A stretch of DNA of 8,207 nt from the NCBI RefSeq assembly GCF_006345805.1, contig NW_021828483.1, forward strand, positions 1 to 8,207. The letters run 5' to 3'. The position numbers were made by a program, and so were the translations under genes. The DNA comes from Octopus sinensis (lineage: Eukaryota). The notes under the pieces were generated by a model. It was not told the origin of the DNA and did no database searches. It saw only the letters and a list, made by a program, of their open reading frames with translations. Positions 1-6,619 of this stretch are shown piece after piece. Numbering within the stretch: the stretch's first letter is position 1; each line of letters starts with the position of its first letter.

Positions 1-54
1 TACAGAGGCATACCCAATCTAGCCAAGGCAATATCTGACCTAAAATTTTCAAAT
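1..54 (-). repeat. Inverted partial copy of the same ~490-bp unit, running off the left edge of the window
   Basis: The reverse complement of 1-54 (ATTTGAAAATTTTAGGTCAGATATTGCCTTGGCTAGATTGGGTATGCCTCTGTA) matches 276-332 and 764-817. Confidence 0.93.
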
Positions 55-55
55 T

Positions 56-1068
56 ATGGCCTATTATGGCCGTTCCTTAATTGTAATGTTGAAATTAAAA
101 TGGTCTATGACTATTTAATTTTTTCCCACTGGGCCGCTGGGTGGCAATAAAATTCTATAAAATTTTCCTTGCCACCCTATATTGATTAATTATGAATTTT
201 TTTGGTTAATTCCGTAATGGAATCGACGGCTGATATTTATTTGCTGCCGATAAATTGGCGCGAGTGCGACGATCGATTTGAAAATTTTTAGGTCAGATAT
301 TGCCTTGGCTAGATTGGGTAATGCCTCGTGTAATTACTGTTGTCCCGTCATGAGCTATTTCTGGCTGAAGACCGAGGGCTTATGGAAGATTGGCTTGATT
401 TAATTTAATCAGGTTAGTTTACCATTAAACAGAGGATGGAACGGTATTACCGTACAAGAATTACAGGGTAAATGTTTTTTTAATTTTCTCTGTTACGGAT
501 TTAATCTTTTTGCGGTCGGGTAGAAGCTTGGCTGTTATTTTCGGGGTGAATGGCCTATTATGGCCGTTCCTAATTGTAATGTTGAACTTAAAAATGGTCT
601 ATGACTATTAATTTTCCCACTGGGCCGCTTATGGTGCAATAAAATTCTATAAAATTTTCCTTGCCACCCTATATTGATTAATTATGAATTTTTTGGTTAA
701 TTCCGTAATGGAATCGACGGCTGATCTTTATTTGCTGCCGATAAATTTGGCGCGAGTGCGACGATTTGAAAATTTTAGGTCAGATATTGCCTTGGCTAGA
801 TGGGTATGCCTCGTGTAATACTGTCCGTCTTGAGCTATTTCTTGCTGAAGAATCCGAGGGCTTATGGAAGATTGGCTTGATTTAATTTAATCAGGTTAGT
901 TTACCATTAAACAGAGGATGAAACGGTATATATACCGTACAAGAAATTACAGGGTAAATGTTTTTTTTAATTTTCTCCTGTTTACGGATTTAATCTTTTT
1001 GCGAGTTAGAAGCTTGGCTGTTAGTTCTAGTGGGTGTGAATGGCCTATTATGGCCGTTCCTTAATTGT
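56..1068. repeat. Tandem repeat of a ~490-bp AT-rich unit: 2 full units plus 29 bp of a third; family unknown
   Basis: ATGGCCTATTATGGCCGTTCC recurs at 56, 550 and 1040 (periods 494 and 490). The two full units align along their length and differ mostly by small indels. Confidence 0.95.
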
Positions 1069-1123
1069 TAATATATATTATTAATATATATATAATATAT
1101 AATATTATATATATATATATATA
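1069..1123. repeat. Imperfect (TA)n microsatellite
   Basis: Seen directly; it terminates the tandem array. Confidence 0.95.
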
Positions 1124-1194
1124 CACAACACGTTGTTTATACACCAGTCTTCGTCCTTTGTTTTTTATAAGTTTTCAATGTATATATATGTATA

Positions 1195-1597
1195 TTCTCT
1201 TTCTCTTGTTTTTCTTTACTACTGTTTCAGTCATTTGACTGCGGCCATGCTGGAGCACACCACTTTAGTCGAGGCAAATCGACCCGGGACTTATTCTTTG
1301 TAAGCCCAGTACTTATCTATCGGTCTCTTTTGCCGAACCACTAAGTGACGGGGACGCGTAAACACACCAGCATCGGTTGTCAAGCAATGCTAGAGAGGGG
1401 ACAACACACAGACACTCAAACATATACACACACATACATATTATATATATACATATATACGACAGGCTTCTTTCAGTTTCCGTCTACAAATCCACTCACA
1501 AGGAGTGGTCGGCCCGAGGCTATAGCAGAAGACACTTGCCCAAGATGCCACGCAGTGGGACTGAACCCGGAACCATGTGGTTGGTTAGCAAGCTACT
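1195..1597 (-). mobile_element. tRNA-derived SINE (octopus-type family A) with the 5' A-box end missing
   Basis: The minus strand has a B-box-like GGTTCAGTCC (1558-1567), then CTTGGGCAAGTGTCTT, an internal TA/CA microsatellite, and a 3' tail CAGCATGGCCGCAGTCAAATGACTGAAAC followed by an A/G-rich run. A second diverged copy lies at 6158-6346. Family assignment is from my recall of octopus repeats. Confidence 0.85.
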
Positions 1598-1890
1598 GCA
1601 CCTAGAAAGTTACCCTCTCAGGCACAAGTCCGGGCAAGGTTGTTTATGGAAAACCAGCAGCCGCCCTTGCATACCGGCTTCCCCTCTTCACGCTACCAGG
1701 GAAAAGCGAAGGGGCCGATATAGCTTGGCTCCTGTGACGTTGCAACTCATTTCTACAGCTGAGTGAACTGGAGCAACGTGAAATAAAATGTCTTGCTCAA
1801 GAACACAACACGCAGCCCGGTCCCGGATTCGAACTCACAACCTCGCTATCGTAAGCTCGACGCTGTAACCACTGAGCCATGCACCTTCAC
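1598..1890 (-). mobile_element. tRNA-derived SINE with a CORE-like central segment (family B), apparently 3'-truncated
   Basis: The minus strand has an A box TGGCTCAGTGG (1869-1879) and a B box GTTCGAATCC (1825-1834). These are followed by TGTGTTCTTGAGCAAGACATTTTATTTCACGTTGCTCCAGTTCACTCAGCTGTAGAAATGAG, which resembles the CORE domain of MIR-type SINEs (TGTGACCTTGGGCAAGTCACTT...CATCTGTAAAATGG). Confidence 0.85.
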
Positions 1891-1902
1891 TATGTATATA
1901 TA

Positions 1903-2002
1903 TTACAGCGTCGAGCTTACGATAGCGAGGTTGTGAGTTCGAATCCGGGACCGGGCTGCGTGTTGTATTCTTGAGCAAGACATTTTATTTCACGTTGCTC
2001 CA
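1903..2002 (+). repeat. Inverted duplicate of SINE B segment 1769-1868 (B box plus part of the CORE-like segment)
   Basis: 1903-2002 is the reverse complement of 1769-1868 with one mismatch in 100 bp. The spacer is 34 bp. Confidence 0.97.
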
Positions 2003-2038
2003 CTTGGTGAAGAATGGAGTTTGATATAGCTACTTTCA
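2001..2038 (-). repeat. 38-bp fragment of the element at 4201-4322
   Basis: CACTTGGTGAAGAATGGAGTTTGATATAGCTACTTTCA matches 4285-4322 at 37 of 38 positions. Confidence 0.9.
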
Positions 2039-2229
2039 TATATATATATGCATGTATGTATGTATGTATGTATGTATGTATGTATGTATGTATGTATGTA
2101 TGGATGTCTATATGTATGTTTGTATGTATGTATGTGTATATGTATATACGCGTATATGTATACATATACGCATATATACATATACACATACATACATACC
2201 CAATGTATATATATATATGTATATATATA
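2037..2229. repeat. (TATG)n microsatellite degrading into a TA/CA mosaic
   Basis: Seen directly. Confidence 0.95.
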
Positions 2230-2620
2230 GGCGTTTGTGTGCGGCGCTTTGACGTACCTGCCATTGTCTCCTCTAAACAACATCAACAACAACAACAAGT
2301 GTAATACCAAAGAGACAAAAGCAACATCACAAAACAAGGCTATTGAAAAGAAAATTTTCGCCCGTTTCCCCAAGGTACACACCTATATCTACAACATTGC
2401 CCCACCCCCTGGACAAACTCCACCTTATCCATACACTCCGATATTGCAATCGCCCCTAACAACCACCCCTATTGCACCACTACCGAACATCTTTCTCCCC
2501 CACGACCCGACTCTTCCAGTTGTTTATGCTTCGGAATCATTGAACCGTACTTTTTCGCAAAGATCACACTCAAAACGTCACCAGCTACACGACTTCCGTC
2601 CCTACTTCACCCTTCGAGCC

Positions 2621-2623
<3 letters not shown>

Positions 2624-2655
<32 letters not shown>

Positions 2656-2765
2656 CATATTCACACATATACACAAATACACACGCCCATGCACAAATAT
2701 ACACTCAAACATACACACACACACACATGTATGTTCATACACACACACACACACACACCACACGC
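2624..2765. repeat. Interrupted (CA)n microsatellite cluster
   Basis: Seen directly. Confidence 0.95.
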
Positions 2766-3130
2766 ACATTACCACCACCGCCCCTAAGTCCACCTTGATT
2801 ATCACTTTAAAGCTTCTACCCCGCCAACACTACTACCACTGTAACCCCCCCCCCATGCCGTCGCCACCGTCATCACCGCCACCGCCGCCACAGCCACCAC
2901 CGCCACCACCACCACTACTACTGACGCTGCTGTCACCCAAGTGCCATGTCATGTCCTCCACAATAAACCATACCTACATCTCTTAACTATCTTAACCACC
3001 CGAGTATCTCATAATGACCACCACCATTACTACTACTACTACTAACTACTACTACTACTACTACTACTACTACCTACCTTAGTGATACTGCTGTTGCTAC
3101 TACTACTGCTGCTGCTGCTGTTTTTACGAT

Positions 3131-3175
<45 letters not shown>

Positions 3176-3853
3176 GCCGCTGCTGCTGCTGCTGCTGCTA
3201 CTACCACTACTATCAGCAACACTACAGGTACCCACTATTAGGGCTACAACGACCAACATCATGGCCAACACTACGCTCGCAAGCACCACCACCGCAAACA
3301 GCAACAACAAAAACAACACCAAAACCATACCAACAACAACAACAACAACAACAACAACCCCATACCATCCCCAACACCATACCACAGCAATAACAATCGG
3401 AATCGATGACACGATCCATCACCAGATTAAACCCAATCATTTCACCACATCCCCTCCACCACCACCTCCACCTCCACCTCCACCTCCACCACCACCATCG
3501 CCGCTGCTGCCGCCCTCACCGCCGACAGCGCAGCCGCCGCCACACCAACCACCATTATCGACACCAAAGTTGACACCGTCACACCTATACCTATTTACTG
3601 CCTCCCCCAAAACCCACAACGTCACCCCCCAGCAGACTGACATCGGCAACACTCTGAACCAAGTCACCACCCCGGTCCATGCTCCAGTCAGACACCGTAC
3701 CTCCGTCACCGCAACCGTACTGCCGTCCTAACTATACCACCAATGCCATCTACCCTTCACCCCCCATCCCCCACTAGCTCTCAGTCCACCCCACCCACCC
3801 CTTAATACACGACCACCATCACCACCACCACCACCACCACCACCACCACCACG
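2766..3853. repeat. Compound trinucleotide low-complexity region (CCA, CCG, ACT, GCT, CAA and CCT runs)
   Basis: Runs of (CCA/CCG) at ~2860-2915, (ACT) at ~3027-3072 and ~3131-3174, (GCT) at ~3108-3119 and ~3178-3199, (CAA) at ~3331-3357, (CCT/CCA) at ~3455-3497 and (CCA) at ~3814-3852. Confidence 0.95.
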
Positions 3854-4113
3854 AGCCAAACGTACAACACGTCTCCATCACCGAACCGTTAACCGGAGTA
3901 AAAGCAACGAAAAACAAAAACAACTTGACCTTTATAAATGTTCTGTTATCTTTACTCTGCTATTATTCTCCGCACAACCCTATTGTAGCTGTTGTTGTTG
4001 CCGTGGTGGTGATGGTAGAAGGGAGACGGCTACTTTGGTGTGCCCTCTCTTCTTTCCCCCGTCATAAACATTTTTACTCGTCATCGACTAATGGGAGACT
4101 GGGCGCCCATTGC

Positions 4114-4150
4114 ATATACATATACATATACATTTATATATACATTTATT

Positions 4151-4200
<50 letters not shown>
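4114..4200. repeat. (TA)n microsatellite with TATACA variants
   Basis: Seen directly. Confidence 0.95.
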
Positions 4201-4203
<3 letters not shown>

Positions 4204-4322
4204 TCAGCTCAGAGCTGCGGCCATGCTGATGCACTGCCGTTTTGTGCTACACTGTTATTACTAAGGGCCTCCTCTAATATGTGGCACTTGGTGAAGAATG
4301 GAGTTTGATATAGCTACCTTCA
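4201..4322 (-). mobile_element. Probable 3'-terminal fragment of a LINE or related retroposon sharing its tail with SINE A
   Basis: The minus strand ends CAGCATGGCCGCAGCTCTGAGCTGAAAC, against CAGCATGGCCGCAGTCAAATGACTGAAAC in SINE A. The upstream sequence differs from SINE A, and the tail abuts a (TA)n run. LINE identity is inferred. Confidence 0.6.
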
Positions 4323-4330
4323 GAATGAAT

Positions 4331-4436
4331 ATATGTATGTTTGTATGTATGTATTATGTATGTATGTATGTATGTAAGTATGTATGTATGTATGTATGTA
4401 TGTATGTATGTATGTATGTATGTATGTATGTTTATG
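4331..4436. repeat. (TATG)n microsatellite
   Basis: Seen directly. Confidence 0.97.
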
Positions 4437-4439
4437 TCA

Positions 4440-4511
4440 GGTCACTTTCGCTGGTAACATGTAACCCAGTACAACCTCTTGCATGGTCGGGTCGTCGGCG
4501 ACTAAACCGAC
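4440..4511 (+). ncRNA. Candidate degenerate HDV-like self-cleaving ribozyme
   Basis: Manual threading gives P1 4440-4445/4483-4488, P2 4466-4470/4506-4510, P3 4471-4473/4480-4482, P1.1 CC4475-4476/GG4489-4490, P4 4492-4494/4499-4501 and J4/2 C4502-UAA. Four pairs are mismatched in this copy. Confidence 0.45.
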
Positions 4512-4965
4512 AACCCCACCAAGCTTGGACACCCTGCGGGATGAAAATCAAAACCCGTCAAAGGGTGGAGGAACTCTTGAGAGTCAACGGCCATCCAATA
4601 AATGTCTTTAAGGCTGTATCATGCGCGGGTACATAGAAATAATCGGACTGAATACCCGATCGCGCGGTTAAACCATTAGGAGTGAAGGACTCCTAGCCTT
4701 TGTTAGGACATCCTTCTAGGAGAAGGTAACTCAGGTAACTGGGATAACACCGACATAAAACCTGCGGCTCAGCGGTTACCGATGGTGTTGACTTGTTCTT
4801 CTTTTCGGATTATGGCTGCTGTTGCTTAGTGAGTGGGATTGACTCAGTGCACAGCCTTTCCTCACTTTAAAAAATATCTTCTTGCACAGGCATTGCACGA
4901 TAACAACATTGATTAAGCTTCGTGCAATGGCCATACTCGATAACGAGGGGGCAACCACCATGTAG
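4440..4965 (+). mobile_element. Probable 5' UTR of an RTE-clade LINE with no ORF following; right boundary approximate
   Basis: It begins immediately after the (TATG)n run. It contains TCCTTCTAGGAGAAGGTAACTC (4711-4732), which resembles the CTAGGAGAAGGAAAACTC motif I recall from RTE-type 5' UTRs. It has several perfect hairpins and a possible HDV-like fold at its 5' end. Confidence 0.55.
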
Positions 4966-5108
4966 ATGAGTTCACCAAAAATTTAGATTCAGATGAATAT
5001 GGTATTTAAGTTGAGGTACCAGAATTTAGTACGGTATTATCGATATAAGTTCAAAGTAGGTGATTAAAATCAAAATAAGTAGCCAGGATATCGAGAAGTA
5101 ATGCTGTA

Positions 5109-5321
5109 CGATCGTTTCGTGCAACTCCATTTAACTGAACAATGCAATCATTACATCAATTTAAATGCAGGGCAATCCTCAGCTGCACAAAGACAGAATT
5201 TAATTTAATTTCATTTTAATTTCATTTAATTCTATGTCTTTGTGCAGCTGAGGATTGCTCTGCATTTAAATTGATGTAACGATTGCATTGTTCAGTTAAA
5301 TGGAGTTGCATGAAACGATCG
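5109..5321. mobile_element. 213-bp fold-back palindrome, MITE-like
   Basis: Arms 5109-5200 and 5228-5321 are reverse complements with 3 substitutions and one 2-bp indel. The spacer is 27 bp and AT-rich. There is no unambiguous target-site duplication. Confidence 0.75.
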
Positions 5322-6075
5322 ATGACCTCTAGAGATAAGCGACGGACCCTATTGTCCGAGATTTCCCCGAACATCAATAGCAAGTGCCCTTTCCAATTCT
5401 TCCTCTCCGACTCACAAGTCTATACTTAAAGAGGTAGCATCCACTCTTACCATTTTCGCAACTTTCATCCACCGTTCTATAAACTCGCTCGAGGACAGCA
5501 CTTCACTCTCCACTCTCAATTTCTTTTTCAAGTGAAACTTGAAGAAGTCAATGAGAGCTCTACCAAAGAGGAATGTATCTGTCCTCATACTTTTCAGCTT
5601 TGTCCACCAAACAACCTCTTTCGCCACAGCCGCCAGACAAAGGAAAACTGCCTTGCCTGCCCGATTGAAGGAGGGCGGCGGGGCAATCATCACTACAGAC
5701 TCGGCTGATAGACTGATCCTTCCCACACGTGACAGCAGCTTTTCGACATAACATCATAAGTCAGCAATGCCCGGACCTTGAACGAGTGCCTGCAGAACGG
5801 TTTCGTTACTATGCATGCTCCTCGGATAGGCCCATCCGTGTCTGTAAATTTTATCTCGGACCGGTAGCACTGCCAGGCCAAGGACATTTGGAAATTATCC
5901 ATGATAGTTCCCGACCTGAAAGTACTCCAGAACAGACTAACCGGTTCGTTTTCGTCGGCGTCCAGAGTCGCCCCGAAAACGTCGTCGCGCTTCCCCACCA
6001 CTAATCTTCTATACATATCTAAGGCGGAACAGCCACCGATCCCCTCGCCCGACAGATTGAGGGCTATTAACCATT
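5322..6075 (-). mobile_element. 5'-truncated L1/Tx1-type LINE copy including the start of its 3' UTR
   Basis: The ORF2 remnant above plus ~90 bp of downstream sequence that stops at the palindrome. The 3' UTR extent is inferred. Confidence 0.7.
5412..6073 (-). pseudogene. Decayed C-terminal part of an L1/Tx1-clade LINE ORF2 (post-RT, zf-RVT-like region), 5'-truncated
   Basis: The minus strand reads ...MDNFQMSLAWQCYR, then frameshifts near 5865 to LPVRDKIYRHGWAYPRSMHSNETVLQALVQGPGIADL*CYVEKLLSRVGRISLSAES...FLCLAAVAKEVVWWTKLK...ERWMKVAKMVRVDATSLSIDL*. The LAW...LPVRDK...ETV..AL...P pattern and the AK..VWW..R/K helix resemble L1/Tx1 ORF2 C-termini. There is an in-frame TGA at 5754-5756 and a terminal TGA at 5412-5414. 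Confidence 0.8.
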
Positions 6076-6157
6076 ATGTTTTTCTGTCCTATCATTTCAT
6101 CATATGTAAACCCCCATACTTTGTCTGTCTTTGTATTGCTCCCACTTCATCCTTCGG

Positions 6158-6346
6158 TGGGGCAAAAACACAGGCACGAAGACACACACCCACATAAATA
6201 TATACAGGAATATATACGACGGGCTTCTTTCAGTTTCTTTCTACCAAATCCACTCACAAATCTTTGTTCGGCCCGAGGCTATAGTAGAAAACATTTGTCC
6301 AAGGTCCTACGCTGTGGGACTGAACCTACACAGCCACATCTATGCC
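6158..6346 (-). mobile_element. Diverged partial copy of SINE family A
   Basis: ATATACGACGGGCTTCTTTCAGTTTC...AAATCCACTCACAA...GGCCCGAGGCTATAGTAGAA...GTGGGACTGAACC aligns with 1454-1567. The left boundary is approximate. Confidence 0.85.
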
Positions 6347-6619
6347 TATGCGTTTTTTAAATAATCATTTGAGTGAAGATTGTAAAAATGGATGGCCGTA
6401 ACAATTATTTTGTTAACACCTGCAACTGGATTTGAACTCTGTATCTTATGAGCAATAATAACTAGCGCGCAATATGGAGTGAAGATACTTTTGTTTCTAA
6501 GGAACACGGTGTGGTTTTGGTATGTGTTATGATTCCAAGCGTATATGTATATATTTACGTACATGTATTGATGCATATAGGCGTGTGGGTGGGTGTGGGG
6601 AACACGCACGATTGTATAT

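Noticed and set aside
523-564. GAAGCTTGGCTGTT (like pBAD/pTrc vector sequence) and GGCCTATTATGGCC (like an SfiI adaptor)
   Set aside because: The match is only ~14 bp and then diverges. The GGCC spacing is 6 nt rather than the 5 of an SfiI site. This is insufficient to call vector contamination.
56-1068. Tandem unit as a CRISPR array, hammerhead retrozyme or protein-coding repeat
   Set aside because: The units are near-identical over ~490 bp with no unique spacers, and I found no hammerhead core on either strand. A ~110-codon frame appears only if indel variants are hand-picked and TGA is read as Trp, and I recognise no protein in it.
1820-1890. tRNA gene
   Set aside because: A and B boxes are present, but there is no convincing acceptor stem and the sequence continues into a SINE body, so it is a tRNA-derived SINE head.
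2237-2986. 249-aa Pro/Thr/His-rich ORF
   Set aside because: It has a GTG start next to a microsatellite and runs through (CA)n and (CCA)n arrays. I recognise no domain, and the G/T-poor strand makes stop codons rare.
3074-3731. Overlapping poly-Val, poly-Leu, poly-Gln, poly-Thr and poly-Pro ORFs, superficially mucin- or extensin-like
   Set aside because: They are translations of trinucleotide repeats open in several frames on both strands, with no coding signature.
5109-5321. Hammerhead-like words CTGAGGA (5248-5254) and GAAAC (5312-5316) in the palindrome
   Set aside because: Stem II is poor and no stem I can form after the putative GUU site. The apparent stem III is just the palindrome itself.
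5539-6197. Plus-strand ORFs at 5539-5751, 5729-6004 and 5901-6197
   Set aside because: They are antisense shadows of the minus-strand LINE ORF2 remnant.
6420-6445. Isolated B-box-like GAGTTCAAATCC on the minus strand, with a weaker one near 7350-7362
   Set aside because: There is no A box or flanking similarity to the SINEs in this window. They may be very old SINE remnants but cannot be supported.
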